This document shows positions 47,405-56,385 of a stretch of DNA of 64,000 nucleotides, one piece after another (the stretch's first letter is position 1; each line of letters opens with the position of its first letter). Origin of the DNA: Planctomycetota bacterium (GTDB lineage Bacteria; Planctomycetota; SZUA-567). The DNA is taken from assembly GCA_031269935.1 (NCBI GenBank), contig JAISYL010000177.1, forward strand, positions 5,433 through 69,432. The letters run 5' to 3'. The position numbers were made by a program, and so were the translations under genes. The notes beneath the pieces were generated by a model. That model had not been told where the DNA came from. It did no database searches and was given only the letters and a program-made list of their open reading frames with translations.

Positions 47405-48436
47405 TCAGGCGTCCGGGGCGATGTCGATCGCGACCTTCATCACGGTGGCCGGGTTGTCGTCCACGTATTGGTAGGCTTCCCCCATCCGGGACAGGGGAAA
47501 ACGCCGGGAAATCACCCCGTCGAGGCGGACCTTCCCCTTCGCCAGGAGTTCGATGGCTTCGACGCTGCTTTCCTTCACCGTCCCCATGACGCTGAGAATC
47601 GCGATTTCCCGGCGTTGGAAGGAGGGGATTTCGAAAGTGACCGCCTCCTTGAAGTTCGCCACAATCACCACCCGGGAGGCGTTGGCGGCGACCTCCAGGG
47701 CGGAGTGGATGGAGGCGGGAACCCCGGCGCAGTCGAAGACGAGGTCGGGTGGATTGCCGGCGAAGGCTTGGCCAATCGCGTCCTTCAAGCCAAGTTCCCG
47801 GGTGTTAAGGCAATGCGGTATGCCGTCGCGTTCGGCGATTTCCAGTTTCTCCCCGGCGATGTCGGTCACCAGGACGTCGGCGGCGCCGAGCGCCAGGCAA
47901 ACCTGGGCGGTAAGGTTGCCGATGATGCCGGCGCCGAGGATCACCGCCCGTTCGCCCGGCCGGATCCGGGCCACCCGGGCGGAGTTGACCCCGACCGAAG
48001 TCGGCTCCACCAGCATTCCCCGGTCGATCCCGAACCCCTCCGGAAGCTTGATGACGTTCCAGGCCGGGCTCAGGAAATATTCCGTGAACAGGCCGTCGGC
48101 CAGGATGCCGATTCCCTTGAGGGAGAGGCAAACGTTGTGGCGCCCCTTTTTACAGGCATAACAGGAGCCGCAGGCGAGTTGCTGCTGGATGTTGACGTAA
48201 TCGCCCCTTTTCACGTGGGCGACCCCGGCTCCGGCCGCCTCGACCACCCCGATGCCCTCGTGGCCCTGGACAAGGGGGAATTTGGCGTATTTATGCTTGC
48301 CGTGGTAGACTTGCACGTCCGAGGCGCAGATGCCCACCGAAAGCATTTTCACCAACACCTGCCCGGGTCCGGCGGCGGGGATCGGCGATTCGTGGATTTC
48401 CACCTGGCCGGGAGCGATTGTTCTGGCCGATTTCAT
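47405..48436 (-). CDS. Zinc-dependent alcohol/polyol dehydrogenase (MDR family)
   Basis: Start moved to MKSARTIAPG. GICASDVQVYHGKH, QGHEGIG, CGSCYACK and GAGIIG motifs. Confidence 0.85.
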   Translation of the reverse strand: MKSARTIAPGQVEIHESPIPAAGPGQVLVKMLSVGICASDVQVYHGKHKYAKFPLVQGHEGIGVVEAAGAGVAHVKRGDYVNIQQQLACGSCYACKKGRHNVCLSLKGIGILADGLFTEYFLSPAWNVIKLPEGFGIDRGMLVEPTSVGVNSARVARIRPGERAVILGAGIIGNLTAQVCLALGAADVLVTDIAGEKLEIAERDGIPHCLNTRELGLKDAIGQAFAGNPPDLVFDCAGVPASIHSALEVAANASRVVIVANFKEAVTFEIPSFQRREIAILSVMGTVKESSVEAIELLAKGKVRLDGVISRRFPLSRMGEAYQYVDDNPATVMKVAIDIAPDA

Positions 48437-48601
48437 GTCTTGCCTTCCGTTGCCGGCGGGAGGAACCGTCCCCGGGAAACGACGCCGGGGGCGTGCCGCC
48501 CCCGGCGCCGTTTCCCGTTCAACCGCCGCAGGTTTATTCTGTCGCCGGGCGCCCGCCCGCAAACGGGGAGGTCCCGTCCTTCCGCCCGCCGTCCCCCGCC
48601 C

Positions 48602-49834
48602 CTACTTCATGGGCGCGGGATAAATCACCTTGTTATCGGTCTTTTCGAAGGGCCAAATCGTGACATATTTGCCGTTTTGAATCTGGGCCACCGTGGTGAT
48701 GGCGTTGTAATTGAGGTTGGTGTGCTTGATGCCGTTGAGATCGATGTCGACGAAGGCGATCTCGTCATAGGGAAGAATTATCTCGGGGCCGTTGGGGAAT
48801 TTCTTGATTATCCTGGTGTCCTTGAGGGCTTGGCGGATTTTGTCCCGATCCGGGGAACCGGCCTTCTCGATGGCGGTTTTCAGCACCCAGGTGGCGGTAT
48901 AGGCGTTGGCCGAATGGCCGTTCATGTCGATATTGTAGACTTTCCTGAAAGCGGCGTTGGTTTCGGCCCCGTTGGACATGTCGGGCGCCCATTCCAGGGC
49001 GGTGGTGATGCCGTTCGAGAGGGCGCCGACATTCGGGATGTAGGTGGGATCGATGAAGCCGGTGGCCTTGCCGATGACGATGTTGGGGCGGAAATTTTGT
49101 TCCCCCATGGTTTTGGTGAGAAGAATGCAATCGGAAATGTAGTTGTCGGATATCAGGATGTCCGGTTTCGACGCCTTGAGCGACAGCACTTCGGAAGTGA
49201 GATCGGCGGCCCCCCGCATGTAGAGAACGACGTTGATGACCTCGAAGCCCAGTTCCTTGCACCAGTATTCGCCCCATTCCTTGGTTTCCTGCCCCAAGAG
49301 GGTATTGTCGGCGACGATGGCGGCGGTTTTCAGCCTTCCCCCCAGTTCCTTTTGGTTGTAGTCGCTGACGAACTGCATCATGCTCTTGAGAAAGGCCATG
49401 TTGGTGGGGGCAAGCCGGAAGAAGTATCGGTATCCCCGGGTGGTCAATACGTTGGCGGTGGAGATGGCGGTGAGGAAGGGAGTCTGGTAGCGCTCGGCTA
49501 CCTGCGAGACCACTTCGGTCACGGCGGACTGGTAGGCGCCGAGGATGCTGGAAACGTTGCCGCGGGTGATCAGGCGCTCGGCCTCGGACATGCCTATTTT
49601 GGGGTCGCCCTGGGTATCGCCCCAAATCATTTCGATGGGACGGCCGAGGACGCCGCCCTGGGCGTTTATCTCGGCGACGGCGAAATCAATGCCCCGCTTG
49701 ATGTTTTGTCCTATGGCGGCCACATCGCCGGTAAGCGGGTAAATGCCGCCGATGCGGACGGGTTCGGCGCCGGAAAGGGCCGAAGCCGCCAGGGCCAGGC
49801 AGAGAGACGCCGACAAACCGAGTTTCCCAATCAT
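48602..49834 (-). CDS. ABC substrate-binding protein, branched-chain amino-acid (LivJ/K-like) family
   Basis: Signal peptide, then VRIGGIYPLTGDVAAIGQ and the periplasmic-binding type I fold. Adjacent to livHMGF. Confidence 0.85.
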   Translation of the reverse strand: MIGKLGLSASLCLALAASALSGAEPVRIGGIYPLTGDVAAIGQNIKRGIDFAVAEINAQGGVLGRPIEMIWGDTQGDPKIGMSEAERLITRGNVSSILGAYQSAVTEVVSQVAERYQTPFLTAISTANVLTTRGYRYFFRLAPTNMAFLKSMMQFVSDYNQKELGGRLKTAAIVADNTLLGQETKEWGEYWCKELGFEVINVVLYMRGAADLTSEVLSLKASKPDILISDNYISDCILLTKTMGEQNFRPNIVIGKATGFIDPTYIPNVGALSNGITTALEWAPDMSNGAETNAAFRKVYNIDMNGHSANAYTATWVLKTAIEKAGSPDRDKIRQALKDTRIIKKFPNGPEIILPYDEIAFVDIDLNGIKHTNLNYNAITTVAQIQNGKYVTIWPFEKTDNKVIYPAPMK

Positions 49835-49865
49835 TTTCGTTCCTCCTCGCGGAAATAAAATAAAA

Positions 49866-50576
49866 TCAAAATCCCAGATAAGCCTTTTTCACCTCCTCGT
49901 TGTTCATGAGCGCCCCGGCGGTCCCTTCCATCCGGACCGTCCCGTTCTCGATGACGTAGCCGCGATCGCTAATCCGGAGGGCCTTGCGCACATCCTGCTC
50001 GACCAGCATGACCGTCATTCCCCCGATCGCCAGTTCCTTCACCACCTTGAGGATATGATCGACCACGTTGGGGGCCAGGCCTAGCGAGGGTTCGTCCAGC
50101 AGCATCAATTTCGGCCGCGACATGTAGGCCCGGGCGATGGTCAGCATCTGCTGTTCGCCCCCGGAAAGGGTTCCGGCCGACTGGTCCCGGCGATCCCGCA
50201 ACACCGGGAACCATCCGTAGACCCGCTCCAGCGATTCGGGCAGGCGCTTGCGCGCCTCCCCGCCATAGGCGCCCATTTCCAGGTTTTCATACACGGTCAT
50301 GTCGCGGAAAAGCTGCCGCCCTTCCGGGGCGTGGGCGATTCCGGCCCCCAGGATTTGCCGGCAAGGCCGGTTGGTTATCTCCCGCCCGTCGAACCGGACG
50401 ACCCCGCCGAGCGAGGGGACCAAGCCGGAAACCACCCGGATGATGGTGGTTTTTCCCATGCCGTTGGAACCGACAATGGCCACCACTTCGCCCCTGGCCA
50501 CCTCCAGGCTCACTTCCCACAACACCCGGGTGTCGCCATAGGCGGCGCTAAGCCCTTCAATTTCGAGATATGCCAT
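49866..50576 (-). CDS. livF: Branched-chain amino-acid ABC transporter ATP-binding protein LivF
   Basis: GSNGMGKTT, LSGGEQQML and LLDEPSLGLAP; 236 aa. Confidence 0.88.
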   Translation of the reverse strand: MAYLEIEGLSAAYGDTRVLWEVSLEVARGEVVAIVGSNGMGKTTIIRVVSGLVPSLGGVVRFDGREITNRPCRQILGAGIAHAPEGRQLFRDMTVYENLEMGAYGGEARKRLPESLERVYGWFPVLRDRRDQSAGTLSGGEQQMLTIARAYMSRPKLMLLDEPSLGLAPNVVDHILKVVKELAIGGMTVMLVEQDVRKALRISDRGYVIENGTVRMEGTAGALMNNEEVKKAYLGF

Positions 50577-51297
50577 TCTCGTCGTCTTTCCCCAAGTAGA
50601 CTTCGATAACCGTGGGATCGGTCATCACCTCTCCGGGGGTGCCGAAGCTTATTTTTTCCCCGTGATGGAGAACCACGATTTCCGCGCAGAGGTCCACCAC
50701 CGCCCGCATGACGTGCTCGATCATGAGGATGGTGATGCCGGAACGGTTGATCGAACGGATCAAATCCATGGCCTCGTCGGTTTCGGTCGGGTTGAGACCG
50801 GCCATCACCTCGTCCAGGAGCAGGAGGTCCGGCCGGGTGATCAGGGCCCGGGCCAGTTCCAGGCGCTTTTTGTCGGGAGTTCCCAATTCCTTGGCCAGGA
50901 AGTCGCGGCGATCGGCCAGGCGGGTGAGCTCGAGTATTTCCAGCGCCTGTTCCCGGGCGCGGGCATAGCCCCGGTTGGGATTGCGCCCGAAGAAGGCGCC
51001 GGAAATCACGTTGTCGATGACGCTCATGTGGGCCAGCGGCTTCATGATCTGGAAGGTGCGGGCGATGCCCTCGTTGGTGTATTTGTGGGGCGGCAGATTC
51101 GTGATGTCCCGCCCCCGGTAGAGCACCCGGCCGGAAGTGGGCTTGAAGGAGCCGCTGATCATGTTGAAAATGGTGGTCTTGCCCGCCCCGTTGGGCCCAA
51201 TCATGCCGGAAATCAGCCCTTCCCGGATTTCGAAGGAGACGTTGTTCACCGCCTTGAGGCCGCGGAAAATTTTGGTCAGGTTTTCAACCTTGAGCAT
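50557..51297 (-). CDS. livG: Branched-chain amino-acid ABC transporter ATP-binding protein LivG
   Basis: FRGLKAVNNVSF, GPNGAGKTTIFN and LLLDEVMAGLNP. Confidence 0.88.
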   Translation of the reverse strand: MLKVENLTKIFRGLKAVNNVSFEIREGLISGMIGPNGAGKTTIFNMISGSFKPTSGRVLYRGRDITNLPPHKYTNEGIARTFQIMKPLAHMSVIDNVISGAFFGRNPNRGYARAREQALEILELTRLADRRDFLAKELGTPDKKRLELARALITRPDLLLLDEVMAGLNPTETDEAMDLIRSINRSGITILMIEHVMRAVVDLCAEIVVLHHGEKISFGTPGEVMTDPTVIEVYLGKDDENGISRN

Positions 51298-52291
51298 GGG
51301 CTTCCCCCCCGGGGTCGGGCGCCGCCGGCTTTTTGCGCTTCCGGTTGGCGGACCACTCCTGGTGCCAACCCAACAGTCCCGACGGCTTCAGGAAGATGAC
51401 CAGGATGAGAATCACCGCGTAGACGATGATGTTGATTCCCGAAACCGTGCCGGCGAAATGGGCGCGCAGGAATTCGGAAAGGGGGATAATCAGGATCGCT
51501 CCGATAAGCGGCCCGCCCACGAAGGACACCCCGCCGATGATGGCCGGAAGGACGAATTCGACCGAGAAGACGGTCATCATGATCTCCGGATCTATGAACC
51601 GGAGGTATTGGGAATAAAACGCCCCGGCCACCGCGCTCAGACCGGCCGAAAGGAAGGCGGCGTAGAGCTTGTAAAGAGTGGTGTTGATCCCGATGGCGTT
51701 GGCGGTGTCCTCGTCCTCGCGGATGGTCTTGAAGGCGTAACCCCATTTGGAGCGGTCCAGCCGCCAAATCGCCAGCGAAACCAGGACCAGCATGGCCAGC
51801 GACATGTAGTAATAGGGAATTTTCGACAGGAAGCGCATGGCCAGGAAGTCGTCGCCGCCGAAGGGCATTAGCAGCCCCTGGCCCTGCCCGACGTAGGGCC
51901 AGTTCATGAGCAGGTTGCGGAAGGTTTCGCCGAAGGCGATGGTGGCCAGGGTGAAATACGGCCCCCGGAGGATGAAGCAGGGATAGAAGATGATCGCCGC
52001 TATCAGCCCGACCCCGAAAAACGATATCGCCATGCCTATCCAAGGCGAAACATCGACCTTGATGAGGAGGACCGCGGTGGTGTAGGCGCCAAGCCCCATG
52101 AAGGTGGCGTGCCCCAGGGAGAGCTGGCCGGCCATGCCGCCCAGGATGTTCCAGGCCATGGAAACCGTGCCGATGTAGAAGGACATGATGAAAATGTGGA
52201 TTATGTAGGGCTCGTTGCCGATTAACAGGGGCGGCAGGCAGGCCGCCAGAATGGCCGCGACGACCAGGACGGTTTTTTTGGACTTGGACAT
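51284..52291 (-). CDS. livM: Branched-chain amino-acid ABC transporter permease LivM
   Basis: 335-aa polytopic protein with GQLSLGHATFMGLGAYT, characteristic of LivM. Confidence 0.85.
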   Translation of the reverse strand: MSKSKKTVLVVAAILAACLPPLLIGNEPYIIHIFIMSFYIGTVSMAWNILGGMAGQLSLGHATFMGLGAYTTAVLLIKVDVSPWIGMAISFFGVGLIAAIIFYPCFILRGPYFTLATIAFGETFRNLLMNWPYVGQGQGLLMPFGGDDFLAMRFLSKIPYYYMSLAMLVLVSLAIWRLDRSKWGYAFKTIREDEDTANAIGINTTLYKLYAAFLSAGLSAVAGAFYSQYLRFIDPEIMMTVFSVEFVLPAIIGGVSFVGGPLIGAILIIPLSEFLRAHFAGTVSGINIIVYAVILILVIFLKPSGLLGWHQEWSANRKRKKPAAPDPGGEAHAQG

Positions 52292-52295
52292 GGGG

Positions 52296-53180
52296 TCACC
52301 TGGCCCTTCTCAGGGCGAGCCTCTGCCTGGCGATCAGGATGAGAATGAAGGTTATGAAGACGATGGAGTCCTTGAAGGCCGGCCCCGCCGCCAACGCCCC
52401 CAGCGTTTCCATGAGCCCCAGGGCGAGGCCGGCGGCGAAGGCGCCCCGGATGCTCCCGAGCCCCCCCATCACCACCACGATGAAGGCCCTGAGTTGGAAG
52501 GTGGCCCCGACCATGGGATGGACAAAGTAAAACGGCATGAGCAAACACCCGGCGATTCCGGCAAGAGCGGCGCCAAGCCCGTAGATTACGATATAAATCC
52601 ATTTTATGTTGACGCCGGTCAGCCGCGCCCCGATTTGGTTCTGGGCGGTGGCCCGAATCATCTTGCCCGGGCGGGAATACTTGAAAAACAGGAAAAGCAG
52701 GGCCGTGACGCAGAGGAGGGTGATCAGGCTCACCAGCTTTGGATAGCTGATCGACAGGTTCATAAGGTGGATGACGTCCTGGGCGTATGGGGTCCGGATG
52801 GAACGGTAATCGGCCCCGAAGCCGATAAGCGCCAGGTTTTGGAAGAGCATCCCCAGCCCGGCGGTGAGAAACAGGACATTGATGTCGGCGTCGTCGCGGT
52901 CAAGGAAGGGGGTGATGAGAAAGTTCTGAAGAACCCCGCCGAAAACGAACATGGCCGCCACCACCAGGGGAACCGCCAGGTAAGGATCCAGCCCAAAATA
53001 AACATAGAGGAAATAGGAGAGGTACATCCCCGCCATCAGCAATTCGCCCTGGCAGAAATTGACGATGTTCATGACCCCGAAAATGCAATTCAACCCCATT
53101 CCGATTAGGGCGTAGAATCCGCCGATGAGTATGCCGTTTATGACGGCCTGCATCACCGTATCCCAAAAAACGCCATTCAC
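52296..53180 (-). CDS. livH: Branched-chain amino-acid ABC transporter permease LivH
   Basis: INGILIGGFYALIGMGLNCIFGVMNIVNFCQGE matches the LivH N-terminal block. Confidence 0.85.
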   Translation of the reverse strand: MNGVFWDTVMQAVINGILIGGFYALIGMGLNCIFGVMNIVNFCQGELLMAGMYLSYFLYVYFGLDPYLAVPLVVAAMFVFGGVLQNFLITPFLDRDDADINVLFLTAGLGMLFQNLALIGFGADYRSIRTPYAQDVIHLMNLSISYPKLVSLITLLCVTALLFLFFKYSRPGKMIRATAQNQIGARLTGVNIKWIYIVIYGLGAALAGIAGCLLMPFYFVHPMVGATFQLRAFIVVVMGGLGSIRGAFAAGLALGLMETLGALAAGPAFKDSIVFITFILILIARQRLALRRAR

Positions 53181-53661
53181 GGCAGCCTCCCCAAAATGAT
53201 ACGCCGTTCAAACGCGCCACCCGCGGGGGATGGCGGACGGATTGGGAAAACAAGAAAGCGGCAAGGGCGCGAGCCAAGGGATCGGGGGATCGAATCGACT
53301 TCCAACAAGCCCGATTAATGCCGTGTCCAGCCGAAATCGTGGATTTAGGCTGGACGGGGAGTCGCCCCGGTTCATCCAGCTTCCGCCGAGCGTTGGAAAC
53401 GGCGTTTTGGCGAAACCGCGAAAAGTCCCGCCAAATGGCTTCTTTCGCTCGTGAATGAATATCGCGACCAATCATAGGGCAAGGCGCAATCCTGTCAACT
53501 AAAAAAGGCGCGGCGAATTTGTGGATAAACGGCTAACGCGCCCCGCGACGGTTGCGGAGGAAAATGTCCGATTATGGGGGGATCCACAAATTCGGAAGAA
53601 CGGAATCGAATTGTTTTTGGGGGGCGGCTGCCGGAAGGTTGGGGAATGGAGGCGGCCGGGG

Positions 53662-53868
53662 TCAGGCAACCCCCAATCCGGGAATGTAAACTTCAAGTTT
53701 CCAGCCAAGTTTTTCCATCAGGGTGTAAACATCATCCCGGCCGATGTTGAAATGCTCGTGTTCGGCGTATTCCAACAAAGTCAGGAGAATCCCCTTTTCA
53801 TCTCCGGAGTTGGAATTAAGGACATACCAATACCCCTTCTTGCGCATTATCATGGTTTTTTCAAGCAT
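53662..53868 (-). CDS. Small hypothetical protein
   Basis: 68 aa starting at MLEKTMIMRKKGYWYV (GGGAGG upstream). No recognised family. Confidence 0.35.
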   Translation of the reverse strand: MLEKTMIMRKKGYWYVLNSNSGDEKGILLTLLEYAEHEHFNIGRDDVYTLMEKLGWKLEVYIPGLGVA

Positions 53869-53974
53869 GGGCGATCCTCCCTGATTCGCTCCGGAAAAAT
53901 CCCGGCCGCCAGCAATTGCCATCCGTGAAACTTTCCTTTCGGATCAATTTCGTTTATTCTTCAGGGAAAAACGC

Positions 53975-54002
53975 TTGCAATGCCCGGGGCGCCCGATATA
54001 CT
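53975..54002 (+). promoter_or_regulatory. Sigma70-like promoter for tRNA-Arg
   Basis: TTGCAA (53975-53980), 16-nt spacer, TATACT (53997-54002), about 30 nt before the tRNA 5' end. Confidence 0.5.
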
Positions 54003-54035
54003 ATGTTGTTTGCTTGATTGTCTCCAGGACCTAAC

Positions 54036-54112
54036 GCGCTGGTAGCTCAATTGGATAGAGCGTCAGACTACGGATCTGAAGGTTAGGGGTTCGACTCCTC
54101 TCCGGCGCGCCA
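54036..54112 (+). tRNA. tRNA-Arg (anticodon ACG)
   Basis: Hand-folded cloverleaf. Acceptor GCGCTGG/CCGGCGC, D-stem GCTC/GAGC, anticodon stem TCAGA/TCTGA with loop CT-ACG-GA, T-arm AGGGG-TTCGACT-CCTCT, discriminator G, encoded CCA. Confidence 0.93.
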
Positions 54113-54662
54113 ACCCTCCATCCACGCCAACCCCTTTTAATTCAATATGTTCTGGATTTTGCCGCCAACCTGGATGGGATGTTGATTTCCTGTCTGAAAA
54201 AAACACGCCGCCGCACCTTGTCCTTGCCGAGGGTTTTCGCGAATTTCAACAAAAGGAGGTTCTTCGGAAGAATTTGTGGATGATTTAAGACAAACCACTC
54301 CCTCTGCCTCCGGCTCCAGGGCTTCGAGGGATCGCCCTCTCCACACCCCGTCACCATCCCGGCCCAGCCTAAAGTGCGACCGACGCCGATGGTGACGGGA
54401 ATCCGAGGGCTCTAACCCAAATCCCGCGTCTTTGACGCGAAAGGGAGCTGGCGGCAAAATAGGGTTGGACTGCCCTTGCAACAACATCGCGCAAAGTCAA
54501 AACTGCGCCGAAAATGCTCTGATGAAATCATAATGTTTTGCCGTTGAATAGATTATCGACAATAATGATCCGCCAAGGTTAAATTGGATCCACGAATTAT
54601 TCCGAAGAAGCCAAAAAATAAATCGCAATTTCAAGACGCGACCAGTATATTATTAATCAATT

Positions 54663-54815
54663 AGAGCGTGTTGTTAAATACCGGATCGCCCGGGTTGGAC
54701 AAGGAAAAAGTCGCTGGCAGGATGATTTTTGGCCGGCGGTCAGGGGTAAAAATCATCCGAGAAGCGGCTTTTGACGCAGTATAACCCGACGAGACGGTAT
54801 TTAACAACACGCTCT
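54663..54815. repeat. ~140-nt foldback repeat, family 1, copy 3
   Basis: Perfect 21-bp terminal inverted repeat agagcgtgttgttaaataccg / cggtatttaacaacacgctct and a central ggatgattttt / aaaaatcatcc hairpin. Its last base is the first base of the stop-codon triplet of gene 54815..55480. Confidence 0.9.
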
Positions 54816-55480
54816 TAAAAGTCGGCCAAGGGATGGGCGGTGACCCTATGCGGGTTTACAAAACCTTGAACGGTCACCCCCGACGGGGTTTTGCCTTCCC
54901 ATTTATTGTACGGCAACATCGCCTTGCCCGGACCATCCCAGGCGGCCTGGACTTCGAGCTTGATCCTTTCCGCGGTCCAATCCTTGGGAAACATCGTCGT
55001 TATTCCATTATTGGAAACCTTCCGCACCCAGCGATCGGCGGCTTTGTCGTATATTTCTATCGCCGCCTCATAGACGCCGTTGGCGTCGGGGGCGCCCTCG
55101 GTTCCGGGAACAATCCTTACGCCGCCGGTGGTCAGCGAATGCCCGCCCGCGGCCTTGCCCGCCTTGTTGATTTCCCCCCCCGCCATATGGTTGAAATCCA
55201 AGGGGGAATTGGCCGGATTGGGCAGGGCCCGGATTGATCGCGGGCGGCGTTCGGAGCGGTTTTCGGCCGCGCTTACGCCGATGCCGCCCCCGGTTTGGGC
55301 CGGCCGCCCCCCGCTGGCGGAAGCGCCGTTCCCCGCCGTCGATTCCGCCCCCGCCGGCGTCCGGCTTCCCGAAGCCGCGGGATCCGCCGCGATTCGGAAA
55401 TCGCCGACCCTGGCCAGGAACCATCCGGACAAGAGCAGGAAAACCAGCAACCGGATCCCGGCGGACATTTTTCCGGACAT
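54815..55480 (-). CDS. Secreted EndoU-like (bacterial EndoU nuclease domain) toxin candidate
   Basis: Signal peptide MSAGIRLLVFLLLSGWFL and a Gly/Ala/Ser-rich linker. These are followed by NHMAGGEINKAGKAAGGHSL...TTMFPKDWTAERIKLEVQAAW...GKTPSGVTVQGFV...VTAHPL, which follows the pattern I recall for Pfam EndoU_bacteria. Confidence 0.55.
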   Translation of the reverse strand: MSGKMSAGIRLLVFLLLSGWFLARVGDFRIAADPAASGSRTPAGAESTAGNGASASGGRPAQTGGGIGVSAAENRSERRPRSIRALPNPANSPLDFNHMAGGEINKAGKAAGGHSLTTGGVRIVPGTEGAPDANGVYEAAIEIYDKAADRWVRKVSNNGITTMFPKDWTAERIKLEVQAAWDGPGKAMLPYNKWEGKTPSGVTVQGFVNPHRVTAHPLADF

Positions 55481-55652
55481 GGCGATACGCTTTCTAGCGG
55501 TCGGAAAAGGCGATAAGAGCGAGAAAATGAATAAAACTTACAACTTCGGCGTCGAAGCGCCATGCGGGCATTGAACCATCGCGCCTCAATGTAAACGTTG
55601 TTTTTTTATGCGATCCAGGTTGATTTTTAACCGGATCGCGTAGGCGCCGCAG

Positions 55653-56132
55653 TTATTCGCCCACCTCGGCCAAGACCGCTTGAATGATGCGTTTCGAATA
55701 CCAAGCCCCTTCCGCGGTCAGCTTGTCGGTCATCGGCTTGAGGCGGGGAATAAGGCCGAGCGTCTTTGCCTTGCCCAATAACGCCAACAGCCCCATTACC
55801 TTCAAACCGACAGATTCAGCGATCTTTCGGCCGCGTAAATCGTCCAGACACACCCGGGCGATGCGGTTGTTAAGGGCAAGCTGGATGGCTTCGGCTTCGC
55901 CCGGATCGAGAAATTGGCGAATCATGGGAGAGACGGGGAACGACAATTCCTTGAGGATAAGCCGATTGGAAGCGATGATGCGGCGGCCCAAGCGTATTCC
56001 GGCATCCAATTCCATCCGCACCGCCGGCGGATAAATGAACCGGTACGGCAGCCGGTCAAGGATATTCAAGGAGTCGATGCGATCTAGTAGAATCAGTGGC
56101 CCGCTGTTGATGACAACGGGTTCATTTTCCAC
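55653..56132 (-). CDS. DUF3368 PIN-like toxin
   Basis: VVINSGPLILLDRIDSLNIL...LDPGEAEAIQLALNN...VCLDDLRGRKIAESVGLKVMGLLALLGKAK matches DUF3368. GTG 56132 is preferred (11-nt overlap with the antitoxin stop); ATG 56171 is the alternative. Confidence 0.75.
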   Translation of the reverse strand: MENEPVVINSGPLILLDRIDSLNILDRLPYRFIYPPAVRMELDAGIRLGRRIIASNRLILKELSFPVSPMIRQFLDPGEAEAIQLALNNRIARVCLDDLRGRKIAESVGLKVMGLLALLGKAKTLGLIPRLKPMTDKLTAEGAWYSKRIIQAVLAEVGE

Positions 56133-56385
56133 GGATGAACTCCAATTCGTTTTCGATGTCGTCAGGACCAAGATTGCTCATCGGGTATCCATGTCTGGGC
56201 AACTCGTGGAGAAATTGGATTTTTTCCATGCCGCAAAGCCTAGCCGCCTGGCCGGCGGTAATTTTACCGTCCATCCATAGTTTGGCCGCCACGGTGAATC
56301 TGGTGATGTCAATGAATTCCTGGGAAGTCAGGTTGGCCATCAACAGGACATTTTCATCAAAAGGCACGGTAAAATGCCGATCCAT
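56122..56385 (-). CDS. UPF0175-family antitoxin
   Basis: Start moved to MDRHFTVPF. AAKLWMDGKITAGQAARLCGMEKIQFLHEL is the UPF0175 HTH block. Confidence 0.75.
   Translation of the reverse strand: MDRHFTVPFDENVLLMANLTSQEFIDITRFTVAAKLWMDGKITAGQAARLCGMEKIQFLHELPRHGYPMSNLGPDDIENELEFIRGK

Noticed and set aside
47237-49858. 873-aa ORF on the + strand across the dehydrogenase and substrate-binding genes
   Set aside because: Shadow ORF crossing an intergenic gap and a foldback repeat. Gly/Asp/Val-rich with no motif.
54137-54487. 116-aa minus-strand ORF as a possible immunity gene for the EndoU toxin
   Set aside because: It is separated from the toxin by the repeat and ~330 nt, has Arg/Gly-rich shadow-like composition and no RBS, and overlaps the stem-rich stretch.
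55598-55650. Hairpin gcgatccaggtt/aaccggatcgc between the PIN gene and the EndoU gene as a terminator
   Set aside because: The T-run lies on the wrong side for the minus-strand PIN operon (an A-tract follows the hairpin on that strand).
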